Source of the DNA: an uncultured Bacteroidales bacterium
GTDB taxonomy: Bacteria > Bacteroidota > Bacteroidia > Bacteroidales > VadinHA17
Assembly (NCBI GenBank): GCA_963780735.1
Contig: CAWADB010000006.1
Coordinates: 34,106-98,105 of the forward strand
DNA length: 64,000 nt
Direction of reading: 5' to 3'
The first letter of the stretch is position 1. Each line of letters starts with the position of its first letter. The translations under genes and the position numbers were made by a program. Positions 37,170 to 47,004 of this stretch are shown here, piece after piece. Under the pieces are notes generated by a model. It saw nothing but the letters and a program-made list of their open reading frames with translations. It ran no database searches and was not told the DNA's origin.

Positions 37170-39026
37170 TCAGTGACTCATTTCTCTTAAATAATCCGTG
37201 ATTCCTTCATATATTTTCTCCGCCATCAGCTGCCGGAAATCGGGGTCAGCCAGCTTCTCCTCATCTTCAGCATTCGTCATGAATGCCTGTTCAACAAGAA
37301 TGGCAGGTATCTGAGAGGTTCTCGTTACTGTATAGTTAAATGAACCTACAACTCCGAACTCAGGAAGACCTGTCTCCAGCAGTCGTTCATAGATGCGCTC
37401 AGCAAGTGGCGCCCAGAATGGATTGTGCCAGTAGGTGCTGGTGCCGCCAGCGGACAGGTAACCCCTGCCTCCTGCATTGGCATGAATGCTGATAAGCATA
37501 TCGGCACCCGAAGAAATGGCTATGTTACGTTTCTCAATCAGCAGCATATCTTTGTCCGAGTCACGCACCTGTATTACCTCCGCTCCCATCGATTTTAAAA
37601 GATCACCCAGGCGGAACGACAGATCGAGGTTGATTTCCTTCTCAACCAGTCCCGATAGACCTATTGCTCCCATGCCCGATCCTCCGTGCCCCGCTTCAAT
37701 AGCAAACTTCAGTCCTGTCAGTGGTTTTGGGTTTTCCAGGTCATACACAGGCGGATACTTTATGCGCAAGACAAGGCTCCGGCCTTCTGGTTTCAGGTCG
37801 TAGCCCCAGATCTGATTTGTCTTAAGGTTCACATAAACCTTGTACGTCTGCGGAGCGGGCTGATCCCAGGTGATCCTGTCAATTATCTTCCGTCCCTCAC
37901 GGTGTGTAACCCAGGTGCTGCTCGTCTCAACCCCAAAAAGGGTGATGACCAGCCTGTTCTGCTCAGGATCGGGGTACACCTCGTAAGGTACCGGTTCAGG
38001 GTAAGGTATGGTCAGAACGTCGGCATCCGCTGACGGTCCGCATGACATGCTGGTAATGTAGTATGATGGCTGCACCGTTCCTGCAGGCATCACCTCTGCA
38101 TCGTCCTCACTAATATAACCGCTTTCCGTGGCGCTGAGCCGTATTCTGTAGTTTTTGCCAATCTTGCCGCTGGCCTTCATCACCACACCCGGTCCCAGCT
38201 CCGCTCTTATCGGACCACCGAGCCGCGGGGCACCGAGGTTGTATGTAAGTCTTGAATTTTCATTGCGTACTTTCACAAATGGAAAATCTTTAAGGTCCTT
38301 TACCCTGATGGTTCTCTCCACCGGAAATACAAATACCTTCTTATCTGTTGCATCGGCTGACGGTTTCAATTTAAGATTCAGCTTATATGTCTTCCCTGTG
38401 GACAAGCCTTCCAGGGGCAATTCAGCACGGTAAAGACTGTAATCTGCAAAGTCCTGCCGGGAACATCTTACTAAAGTCCTTCCGGGGGTTACCCCTGCAT
38501 AGCCATCCTGACCCAGCGAGCCGCGGAAGCTGACCCTGACAACATCCTCAGGAAGCAGTTCAAGTTCAGTGGAAGGCTCTACAGACCTCTCTTCAATCCA
38601 CAGCGGGAAGGCCTTACGTGTCATGTCTCTCTTCACATAGATAAACTCCTGCTCGCAGAAGGCCGTCCGGCCGTCAGGGGTTGTTGCCTCAGCCCTGACC
38701 TTGTTGACACCCTCAGTGAAGTTTACTGTCGTAAAGAAAATTCCCGTCTTGTACTGTTTCAGCACAACTCCGTTTATGCTGACAGTGGCAGGGTATTCAC
38801 TCATGCAGAGGAAGTCAAACTGAGGCTGATAGGTTATCGAATCCGGTGTCATGCGGAACTCTACCCACGGCGAGGTCCGCTTAACAATGCTATCGGGTTT
38901 TAACTCCTTGTTCACCATGACAGGAACCAAGGCTTCAGTCCCGGCAGTTTGCTTAGCCTTACCGGCAGTACCGCATCCTGCCAGCGTTACAGCTGCCAGG
39001 AATACCAAAATAATAATCCTGTTCAT
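37170..39026 (-). CDS. N-acetylmuramoyl-L-alanine amidase (Amidase_3) lipoprotein with a large N-terminal beta-rich domain
   Basis: Lipobox LAGCG. The C-terminal Amidase_3 motifs are IEAGHGG...E..INL and ADMLISIHANA. Confidence 0.85.
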   Translation of the reverse strand: MNRIIILVFLAAVTLAGCGTAGKAKQTAGTEALVPVMVNKELKPDSIVKRTSPWVEFRMTPDSITYQPQFDFLCMSEYPATVSINGVVLKQYKTGIFFTTVNFTEGVNKVRAEATTPDGRTAFCEQEFIYVKRDMTRKAFPLWIEERSVEPSTELELLPEDVVRVSFRGSLGQDGYAGVTPGRTLVRCSRQDFADYSLYRAELPLEGLSTGKTYKLNLKLKPSADATDKKVFVFPVERTIRVKDLKDFPFVKVRNENSRLTYNLGAPRLGGPIRAELGPGVVMKASGKIGKNYRIRLSATESGYISEDDAEVMPAGTVQPSYYITSMSCGPSADADVLTIPYPEPVPYEVYPDPEQNRLVITLFGVETSSTWVTHREGRKIIDRITWDQPAPQTYKVYVNLKTNQIWGYDLKPEGRSLVLRIKYPPVYDLENPKPLTGLKFAIEAGHGGSGMGAIGLSGLVEKEINLDLSFRLGDLLKSMGAEVIQVRDSDKDMLLIEKRNIAISSGADMLISIHANAGGRGYLSAGGTSTYWHNPFWAPLAERIYERLLETGLPEFGVVGSFNYTVTRTSQIPAILVEQAFMTNAEDEEKLADPDFRQLMAEKIYEGITDYLREMSH

Positions 39027-41809
39027 CGGTATAACAGATATTTCTTCCTGAGTTCCATGAAAGCACTCACATCATCCTGGCAGGCTTTTACTACCTGTTC
39101 AACCGTCACGCCTGGTTCGTCCAGTTGCTTTATAAGCGCCGGAGGGGACCATTTCAGTGAATCAGGACTTGTCTTGCGGTACGCGTCAATGATATGCAGC
39201 GAAGCTTCTACAGACCTGAATGTGACAGGGTCAGTGAGCATTATCTCCACTCCCCCGCACATCTCATCCCACGGTTTTCCGGAGCGGTTTGACCGTGTGC
39301 CTGAAGAACGGGGAATGAAATAAACAGGCCTGAAATATGCTCCTGCGATTCCCCTGCTGTTAAGATCTTCAGCGGCTTTTTCAGCATTGACCCACGGTGC
39401 TCCTGTAAGGATGAATGGCTTGGTTGTGCCCCGTCCTTCCGACATGTTCGTTCTTTCAAAGAGACACTGGCCGGGATAAACAACCGATGTTTCCCATGTG
39501 TCAATGTTCGGTGACGGCATCACCCACATCAGTCCTGTCTCATTCCACATCATGCTGCGACGCCACCCCTTCATTTTAATCACCGTCAGATCGGCTCCGT
39601 AGTTTTCTGTTTCATTCCACATTGTCGCCAGCTCGCCGTAGGTCATGCCGTGACGCAGGGGCAGCCGGTGGCGGTAAATATTTATTGTATCCTGCATGGG
39701 TCCTTCAACAACCCTTCCTCCGAGAGGGTTAGGCCTGTCCAGTACAATGAACGGAATGCCTGCCTTTGCGCAGGCCTCCATGGCCCATGACATTGAGAAC
39801 TTGAAGGTGTACCAGGCTGAACCCACACCCTGTATGTCAAACAGCATCACATCAATACTGTCGAGCCACTCCTTTTTCGGTGCATAGGAATCACCGTACA
39901 GGCTGTATACAGGTATACCCGTTGCCGGGTCCGGGTCACCCTCGCTGAAGATCCTTCCCTGCTGTGCACCTCTCACGCCGTGCTCGGCGCCAAACAATGC
40001 CACCAGGTTTACTCCCGGGGTTCCGGCCAGGATATCGATGCTGCTTCGCATATCAGAACCTACGGCTGAAGGATTGGTGATCAGTCCCACCCTTTTGCCT
40101 TTAATCAGATCAAGATGATCTTCAATCAGGACATCTATTCCAGGTTTGACAATTGGGGGTTTGAGAACAGGCACCTTCTCACCGGCAGCATATGTGGCAA
40201 GAATCTCCGCAAGCGGCGGGGCATCGGCAAATGTGAGATCAGTGACCGCCATTCGTGCCGGGGCGCTCTCATTTCCGAAACGGTCTACGGCTGAGACGGC
40301 GACGGAATCAAGCTTAAACATAACATCTTCGACTTTTTTTACTGTCTGCGGATCTGTCCGGGCAAGGTAAGCACGGTTGACCGTAAAACCGGGAATTTTG
40401 TCGGTCACTGTAACCGGTCCGAAGATATCGTGTTTCCACTGAGACCCGTATCTTGAATAAACTACCCACCTGGAGACATCCCCGGGTGTCTTATGGCTCC
40501 ATGATACCTTCACCGAATCTTTTTCCTTTGAGAGGATGATGTCCGGAGGAGCCGGCGCCTTTTTATCAAGCCACGGCGAGGCAGGCACCAGCGCCTTGTC
40601 TTTATACGGTCCCTGTGCAATAGCTTTCAGCATGTCCGGTGAGCTGACAAGCTGCCCTATGCTCCAGTGTATTACTCCGGGACTTTCAGGAAGCATTCCC
40701 CTCGTAACCATTATCTTGTTTACGGTTTCATCGGTTGTTCCCCCGGCAGTTCCGTTGCTCACGTTTATTCCGGGCCACAGATGCCGTCCTTTCAGGTTCT
40801 GATCCTTCCACCAGCCCAGCAACACCGGGTAACTCTGTGCAAACTGGTTGATTGGCCAGTAGAGCTGCGGTGAGTAATAATCGATCCAGCCGTTGTTAAG
40901 CCACAGCTTCGCATCAGCATAGAGCGTTTCATGCTGGTTAAATCCGCCGCCGATGGCAGGCGGATTGTATGGTTGCCATATACCGAACGGGCTGAGCCCG
41001 AATTTTACATAGGGTTTCTCTGCCTTGATCCCTTTATAAAGTCTCTCGATGAAAGTATTGACCGCTTCCCTTCGCCAGTCGCCCCGCGACAGTTTGCCCC
41101 CGCCCTGCTGGTATGCCTGCCAGCTTGCATCGTCAGGGAAGTCCTTAAAGTTGTTATAATCGGGATACGGATAGAAATAATCGTCGAAATGAATCCCGTC
41201 AAGGTCGTATCTCCTGACCAGGTCCATGACCACATTGTATGAATGATCCTGTGTTCCCTGAAGTGCAGGGTCCATCCACCAGTAACCCTCCTCACCGAGT
41301 TTTACCACAAGGTCCGGGCGCTTCCTGACTATGGAAGCATCAGTCACCTCTCCGCCGGCAGGATGATGAGCCCGGTAAGGGTTCAGCCAGGCGTGGAGCT
41401 CGATACCCCTTTTGTGAGCCTCTTCGATCCAGAACTCAAGAGGATCATAATACGGTTCGGGAGCCTTGCCCTGCACACCGGTGAGATAATATGACCACGG
41501 TTCAAGGTCACTGGGGTACATTGCATCGCACTGATCCCTTACCTGGAATACTACAGCATTGAAATTATTCTCATACAGGAGATCTAGAAGCTTTATGGCC
41601 TCTTTCTTCTGCTCTTCAACCGGCAGACCCGGTTCGCTGGGCCAGTTGATATTAGCTACGGTGGCAACCCAGGCAGCGCGGAATTCACGCTCGGCAGATG
41701 GCTGGCGGCCAAAAGGATCTCCGGTTACGACAGGCTTTTTTGCAACGCATCCGGCAAAAACAATCATTAATGATGCTGATATGATTACCAGCAGGCTCTT
41801 CTTAAGCAT
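39023..41809 (-). CDS. Fusion protein: GH-like family 10 (DUF187/YngK-like) domain + DUF1343/NamZ exo-beta-N-acetylmuramidase domain
   Basis: The N-terminal FRAAWVATVANINWPS...NAVVFQVR...ELHAWLNPY is the GHL10 pattern. The C-terminal RVGLITNPSAVGSDMRSSIDIL...VALFGAEHG...MLFDIQGVGS is the DUF1343 pattern. Length is 928 aa, with a lipoprotein-like signal (FAGC). Confidence 0.75.
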   Translation of the reverse strand: MLKKSLLVIISASLMIVFAGCVAKKPVVTGDPFGRQPSAEREFRAAWVATVANINWPSEPGLPVEEQKKEAIKLLDLLYENNFNAVVFQVRDQCDAMYPSDLEPWSYYLTGVQGKAPEPYYDPLEFWIEEAHKRGIELHAWLNPYRAHHPAGGEVTDASIVRKRPDLVVKLGEEGYWWMDPALQGTQDHSYNVVMDLVRRYDLDGIHFDDYFYPYPDYNNFKDFPDDASWQAYQQGGGKLSRGDWRREAVNTFIERLYKGIKAEKPYVKFGLSPFGIWQPYNPPAIGGGFNQHETLYADAKLWLNNGWIDYYSPQLYWPINQFAQSYPVLLGWWKDQNLKGRHLWPGINVSNGTAGGTTDETVNKIMVTRGMLPESPGVIHWSIGQLVSSPDMLKAIAQGPYKDKALVPASPWLDKKAPAPPDIILSKEKDSVKVSWSHKTPGDVSRWVVYSRYGSQWKHDIFGPVTVTDKIPGFTVNRAYLARTDPQTVKKVEDVMFKLDSVAVSAVDRFGNESAPARMAVTDLTFADAPPLAEILATYAAGEKVPVLKPPIVKPGIDVLIEDHLDLIKGKRVGLITNPSAVGSDMRSSIDILAGTPGVNLVALFGAEHGVRGAQQGRIFSEGDPDPATGIPVYSLYGDSYAPKKEWLDSIDVMLFDIQGVGSAWYTFKFSMSWAMEACAKAGIPFIVLDRPNPLGGRVVEGPMQDTINIYRHRLPLRHGMTYGELATMWNETENYGADLTVIKMKGWRRSMMWNETGLMWVMPSPNIDTWETSVVYPGQCLFERTNMSEGRGTTKPFILTGAPWVNAEKAAEDLNSRGIAGAYFRPVYFIPRSSGTRSNRSGKPWDEMCGGVEIMLTDPVTFRSVEASLHIIDAYRKTSPDSLKWSPPALIKQLDEPGVTVEQVVKACQDDVSAFMELRKKYLLYR

Positions 41810-41925
41810 AACTTCGGTTTATAAGCTGTGAGTACAAATTTATTAAAGCAGGGTAAAAATCAAATAGCAGCAAAAGGTATTATATATTTACGACTGTTTT
41901 ATACATATTCCATTACTTTTTTTCG

Positions 41926-43503
41926 ATGAATAAATTGGAACGCGAAGGCCTGTTAGACGAGTTGAAGGACTCAAAGAAGCAGTGGGACTTTATAGTCATT
42001 GGCGGAGGTGCCACCGGGCTTGGAATTGCGGTGGATGCATCGAGCAGGGGCTACAGCACCGTATTGCTTGAGCAGGCCGATTTTGCCAAGGCTACCTCCG
42101 GTCGCAGCACGAAGCTCGTACATGGCGGGGTCAGATATCTGCAGAACGGCGACATTGCACTTGTCAGGGAAGCGTTGCATGAGAGGGGTTATCTCAGGAA
42201 GAATGCACCTCACCTCGTGAAGGACCAGCGCTTTATAATCGGGAGTTACAAATGGTGGGAAAAGCCTTTTTACACCGTTGGCCTGACTTTTTATGACTTG
42301 CTCGCCGGCACCATGAGTTTTGGCCGTTCATTGCCGGTAAGCAGGAAAGATGTTATTAAGAGCATCCCGCAGATTGCACAGGAACATCTGAAAGGCGGAG
42401 TTGTATACCACGACGGGCAGTTTGACGATTCGAGGCTGGCAGTGAACCTGATGCAGACAGCCAGGGAACAGGGAGCTATTGTTGTAAACTATGCCAGAGT
42501 AAATAAGCTGCTCAAAGATACGGACGGGAAGGTATGCGGTTTGGTTGCAGAAGATATGATCAGCGGCGGAAGCTTCAGCCTTGAAGGGAAGTGCATCATC
42601 AATGCCACAGGTATCTTCGTAGACAGCATCATTCAGATGGATGACCCTGGTATGAGGCCCCTTGTAAGGCCAAGCCAGGGGGTTCATCTAGTAGTTGACA
42701 GATCTTTCCTGGGCGGCGACGATGCAATCATGGTTCCGAAAACCAGTGACGGAAGGGTGATGTTCGGCGTTCCCTGGCACAACCGGGTCATCCTCGGAAC
42801 AACGGATGTTCCCGTGAAGGAGTTTGTCCTTGAACCCATGGCGCTAAATGAGGAGGTGGATTTCATCCTTGAGACTGCCGGCCGTTACCTTACTAAGAAA
42901 CCGGAACGCAAGGATGTACTTTGCGTCTTTGCCGGACTGCGCCCCCTGGCTGCACCAAAGAATAATGCAGACGGAGCAAAAACGAAAGAGATCTCCCGCA
43001 GTCACAAGCTGCTGACCTCACCTTCGGGACTGGTAACAATCACCGGAGGGAAATGGACAACCTACCGTCGCATGGCGGAGGATACAGTCAACATGGCATT
43101 GAAAATAAAAGGTATTGCCTTCAGGAAATGCCGGACAAGGACCCTGAAAATCCACGGATATCTTGAGCATCCCGACAGCAATAATCATATGTATGTGTAT
43201 GGAACAGACCGTGAAAAAATCCTCGGGCTGCAGAAAGAAAAAAAGGAGTACGGAGAAAAACTGCACCCTGACCTTGAATTTACTGTAGGTGAAGTGGTGT
43301 GGGCAGTGAGGAAGGAGATGGCCATGACTGTGGATGACGTGCTGGCACGACGGGTGCGGATTCTTTACCTCGATGCCAGGAAGTCAATAACTGTGGCCCC
43401 GAAAGTGGCTGCGATAATGGCAGAAGAGCTTGATAAAGATAAAGGATGGGAAGAGCAGCAAATACATGATTACACCGAAATAGCCAAGTCGTATATTTTG
43501 TAA
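41926..43503 (+). CDS. glpD: FAD-dependent glycerol-3-phosphate dehydrogenase/oxidase
   Basis: FAD motif DFIVIGGGATGLGIAVDASSRG, then SGRSTKLVHGGVRYL. Length is 525 aa. Confidence 0.85.
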   Translation: MNKLEREGLLDELKDSKKQWDFIVIGGGATGLGIAVDASSRGYSTVLLEQADFAKATSGRSTKLVHGGVRYLQNGDIALVREALHERGYLRKNAPHLVKDQRFIIGSYKWWEKPFYTVGLTFYDLLAGTMSFGRSLPVSRKDVIKSIPQIAQEHLKGGVVYHDGQFDDSRLAVNLMQTAREQGAIVVNYARVNKLLKDTDGKVCGLVAEDMISGGSFSLEGKCIINATGIFVDSIIQMDDPGMRPLVRPSQGVHLVVDRSFLGGDDAIMVPKTSDGRVMFGVPWHNRVILGTTDVPVKEFVLEPMALNEEVDFILETAGRYLTKKPERKDVLCVFAGLRPLAAPKNNADGAKTKEISRSHKLLTSPSGLVTITGGKWTTYRRMAEDTVNMALKIKGIAFRKCRTRTLKIHGYLEHPDSNNHMYVYGTDREKILGLQKEKKEYGEKLHPDLEFTVGEVVWAVRKEMAMTVDDVLARRVRILYLDARKSITVAPKVAAIMAEELDKDKGWEEQQIHDYTEIAKSYIL

Positions 43504-43616
43504 AAAGATGACATTAAGAGCCGGGCAGGCAAAGGCGCGGAGGTATTATAAGGAAGCCGGATTAAAATTTTAACTTTGTTCAGATAAACAGGAGCTGATA
43601 CCAAAAATCATTAAGA

Positions 43617-44510
43617 ATGAAGAGCATATATCAGACATTGTTCGTCCTCACCCTGATCATCCTTGCATCGTCATGCACCACTGTCATCCAGATGCAGAGG
43701 ACATATCCGCCGGAGAAAGTGCTTCAGCCGGACTCGGCAAAATATGTTTTTGTAAACTTTTTCGATTACAGGATTCCTGAATCTATCAAAGACAAGTATG
43801 AAATTGCGTATGCTGTCGCTGTCAGAGGCTATATCGACGGACTGGGAGAAACTGTTCTGCTTGACCCCAAAGAGAGCTTCGTCATCGGAGATACGCTGAA
43901 AAAAGGTTATACAGTAGGCTCGATGCAGCTGCCTGAATTCACCGATACTGTAAGGGCGATATGTTCGGTGCACGGTGCTGACATGCTCATAGCCCTCGAC
44001 TCAATCAATCTGGTGATGGACTGGGATGTCAATCTGGAGGAGGATGATGAGGGAGGCAACATGCTGGTCAAGGATTTTTACCTCTATGCAAACAATTATA
44101 TGACACTTTACAGCTCAGACGGTGAGGTCATCGACCGCTGTGCCGGTGAAAAATCGACTTTCGTCAAATCCAAATACACCATTTTCGGGATGCTGGGCGG
44201 GCCCACCATTGCAAAGGCACGAGAGACAGTCAGATTGCTTTCTCATGATGCGGCAAAAGACTGCATCGGGAAATTCTATCCTTTCACCGAGAACTATACT
44301 GAGACACTTTATAAGGGCGGTCCGCTAAACAAAATAAACGAGATGATAATTGCAGGTCATCCTGAAGAGGCTGCGGAGCGACTTAACGCCCTTGTTAATT
44401 CATCAGACCAGGGCCTGGCAAAAAAAGCCTCTGCCAACCTCGAAATAGTCAACCGGATACTGGAAAACCGCAGGCAATCAGAGCAAATTATGCAGGATTT
44501 TACCAGATAA
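43617..44510 (+). CDS. Hypothetical lipoprotein
   Basis: Signal peptide plus lipobox (LIILASSC). Length is 297 aa. I recognise no family motif. Confidence 0.55.
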   Translation: MKSIYQTLFVLTLIILASSCTTVIQMQRTYPPEKVLQPDSAKYVFVNFFDYRIPESIKDKYEIAYAVAVRGYIDGLGETVLLDPKESFVIGDTLKKGYTVGSMQLPEFTDTVRAICSVHGADMLIALDSINLVMDWDVNLEEDDEGGNMLVKDFYLYANNYMTLYSSDGEVIDRCAGEKSTFVKSKYTIFGMLGGPTIAKARETVRLLSHDAAKDCIGKFYPFTENYTETLYKGGPLNKINEMIIAGHPEEAAERLNALVNSSDQGLAKKASANLEIVNRILENRRQSEQIMQDFTR

Positions 44511-44642
44511 TCACCCCTGAAGCTCCTCCAATACGTGATTTTATTGACTAAACTCGATGCGTTTCAATTTTTTTTTTACTTTTACCCGACTTTTCAAATT
44601 ATGCACAATGACTAATAAAATGTGTAATTAAAACAGAAACTC

Positions 44643-46127
44643 ATGAAAAAAATCCTAACTGTTATTTCTGCACTGGTAGTTACCGGTTCACTTTTTGCCG
44701 GCGGACTTGTGACAAACACGAACCATAGCGCCTATATGGTCCGTATGATAAGCCGCAATGCTTCAACAAGCGTTGATGCTGTTTATTACAATCCGGCAGG
44801 TCTGACAAAACTGGCAGACGGTTTTCATTTCTCCATCAACAACCAGATCATCGGCCAGACCAAGACTATCACCAACAATTATTATTTTCTGACAGAAAAT
44901 CCGACTGAATATATTGGAACAGTCAGTGCTCCGATATTTCCGGGAGTATACGCGGTGTACAAGGTAAATAAATTCGCCTTCTCCGTAGGATTCAATCCTG
45001 TTGGCGGTGGCGGCGGCGCTGAGTATGCCACGGGTCTTCCTTCATTTGAAAAGCAGATTGCGAATCTTGTTCCCGGACTGCAGACACAGTTAGCCCCACT
45101 TGACGCAGGCGTTGAGGGTGCAATGGGTTTTAACCCCGACTTTAATAATGTTACCGCTTATGACGGTTCCATATTTTTCGAAGGCAGCTCAATCTACTTC
45201 GGATACCAGGCAAACGTTTCATACGATATTAATGATTTCATTTCCGTGGCCGTGGGAGGCAGGTATGTGACAGCAAAAAACACCTACCAGGGTTACATAA
45301 CCGACGTGACGATTTCAGCATCACCGGCTACCCCACCGACAGGATATCCAGGGAGCGTTCCTGCTCCGTTTAACGGCACCCCCGGCGACTATCTGAGAGC
45401 TATTGCCCTGACACCATACGGCGCCACACAGGCTACCTCTCTGAACGCTACGGCTGCAGCGCTCGACGTGATGACAGAGGTGGAGGCTGATGTCGTTGAG
45501 GAAGGAACCGGCTTCACCCCGATCATAAGCGTTAATATTACCCCGAACGAAATGTTCAATATTGCCCTCAAATATGAGTTCCATACCACTCTCGATCTGA
45601 CGACGACCGTAAATGACGGCAAAGATGCCGGTGGAATGTTTGAGGACGGAGGAATAGTAGTTGCAGATATGCCTGCTTTATTATCTGTTGGAGTTGGCGT
45701 ACATCCGTCTGAGAAACTCTACCTCACAGCAGGACTGAACTATTTCTTCGACAAGAACAATGACTATGACGGAAGCAGGGATCTCGAGGTCAGTATGATT
45801 GACCAGAACTTCTTTGATTATTCAGCAGGCATTGAATATGCCCTGAGTAATATGTTCAAAATCAGTGCAGGCTACGCCGGTACTGTCACAGGAGTAAACG
45901 ACAACTATCAGAGCGACCAGAGGTACAGTCTTAATACCTCAACGTTTGGTGGCGGTATCGGGCTGACCCTGTCACCGATGATCGACATCAATCTCGGAGG
46001 CATGTACACAATGTATAAGGACGGTGAAAAGACATCCTCTGCGGGAATTACAGGTGTACCTGATATTACTGAGACCTACGACACCGAAACATGGGTCGTC
46101 GGAATTGGAGTGGATCTTCATTTCTAA
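44643..46127 (+). CDS. Outer-membrane beta-barrel protein, FadL/TodX-like
   Basis: It has a signal peptide, an N-terminal hatch-like segment with YYNPAGL, alternating beta-strand pattern, and a terminal aromatic residue (...GVDLHF). Confidence 0.55.
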   Translation: MKKILTVISALVVTGSLFAGGLVTNTNHSAYMVRMISRNASTSVDAVYYNPAGLTKLADGFHFSINNQIIGQTKTITNNYYFLTENPTEYIGTVSAPIFPGVYAVYKVNKFAFSVGFNPVGGGGGAEYATGLPSFEKQIANLVPGLQTQLAPLDAGVEGAMGFNPDFNNVTAYDGSIFFEGSSIYFGYQANVSYDINDFISVAVGGRYVTAKNTYQGYITDVTISASPATPPTGYPGSVPAPFNGTPGDYLRAIALTPYGATQATSLNATAAALDVMTEVEADVVEEGTGFTPIISVNITPNEMFNIALKYEFHTTLDLTTTVNDGKDAGGMFEDGGIVVADMPALLSVGVGVHPSEKLYLTAGLNYFFDKNNDYDGSRDLEVSMIDQNFFDYSAGIEYALSNMFKISAGYAGTVTGVNDNYQSDQRYSLNTSTFGGGIGLTLSPMIDINLGGMYTMYKDGEKTSSAGITGVPDITETYDTETWVVGIGVDLHF

Positions 46128-46147
46128 AACTAACCTATATTGATTGA

Positions 46148-46181
46148 AAGCCCTGACTGGAACCAGTCAGGGCTTTTTTTT
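46148..46181. terminator. Bidirectional rho-independent terminator
   Basis: AAGCCCTGACTGG/CCAGTCAGGGCTT hairpin followed by T8. It lies between convergent genes. Confidence 0.75.
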
Positions 46182-46860
46182 AATAATCAATCCCCTCCCT
46201 CCGGAGGCTTTCCAGGTAGAGCCCCAGGTCCGGAGTGTCAGATGTCATCATTCTGTCATACCATCCCTTCGCCGTTTGCGGCCTCCCGTTCTTCCGGTCA
46301 ATCAGAATAAGATTGGTATAAATCGATCCTTCGATGCCGAGATTAAGGGAGTCCGTCTCATTGATTATCTCCTCAAAGAGACGGTAAGCAGCCATATCAT
46401 CTCCTTTATCAGAAAGAGCGTATGCTTCGTTCAGCCTGTTGTTCAGAACCCCGCCTGTCACAATGCCCCTGATGGCAAGGCATCCGCCGGTACACTCCTC
46501 CACAAGAGAAAACCAGGGTAGCAGTCCTGTGGCAGGAAATGTCATCGAGAAGGATTGTTTTTCACCCGGCTTTTTGAAGCGGTAGGTTGCCGGACAATAA
46601 GGCAGTCCTTTCAAGCTTTTGAGCCTTACCTTCATGCCGTCAGGCTTAATTATAAAGGTGTTCTTGTCAATACAGAACCAGGCATTATTGATATCACTCA
46701 TTATTGTCAGCCAGACAACCGTGGCATCACTGTTAAAGTCAACCCTGACGATCTCGGCTGTGAGCGGTGTCTTCAGCCCGTAGTTAGGGTTCAATACGCT
46801 CTGCGACTGGCCATTAAGACAGAATAACAAAATAATTATTATTAAAGAAACTCGTTTCAT
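46180..46860 (-). CDS. Hypothetical secreted protein
   Basis: I prefer the ATG at 46860, which gives the signal peptide MKRVSLIIIILLFCLNGQSQ. The upstream extension to 46986 has no supporting features. No family was recognised. Confidence 0.55.
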   Translation of the reverse strand: MKRVSLIIIILLFCLNGQSQSVLNPNYGLKTPLTAEIVRVDFNSDATVVWLTIMSDINNAWFCIDKNTFIIKPDGMKVRLKSLKGLPYCPATYRFKKPGEKQSFSMTFPATGLLPWFSLVEECTGGCLAIRGIVTGGVLNNRLNEAYALSDKGDDMAAYRLFEEIINETDSLNLGIEGSIYTNLILIDRKNGRPQTAKGWYDRMMTSDTPDLGLYLESLRREGIDY

Positions 46861-46918
46861 CTCTCCTAATTTCATTAATTCCAAGGATTGTAAAGTTAAT
46901 GATATCTGCAGGATTACG

Positions 46919-46981
46919 TTTGTAACAACTTTGTAACTTTTGTATAACATTTCTGAAACAAAATAGCAGTTATTTTGTAAT
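46919..46981 (+). promoter_or_regulatory. Candidate Pho box: phased TTTGTAAC-type direct repeats upstream of the porin-pst operon
   Basis: TTTGTAAC occurs at 46919 and 46930 (11-bp spacing). TTGTATAAC follows directly (its TAAC end is again 11 bp further on). TTTGTAAT occurs at 46974, which is 44 bp (4 x 11) from 46930. Confidence 0.4.
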
Positions 46982-47004
46982 GTCAAACCATCAAAAAAGT
47001 TCTT

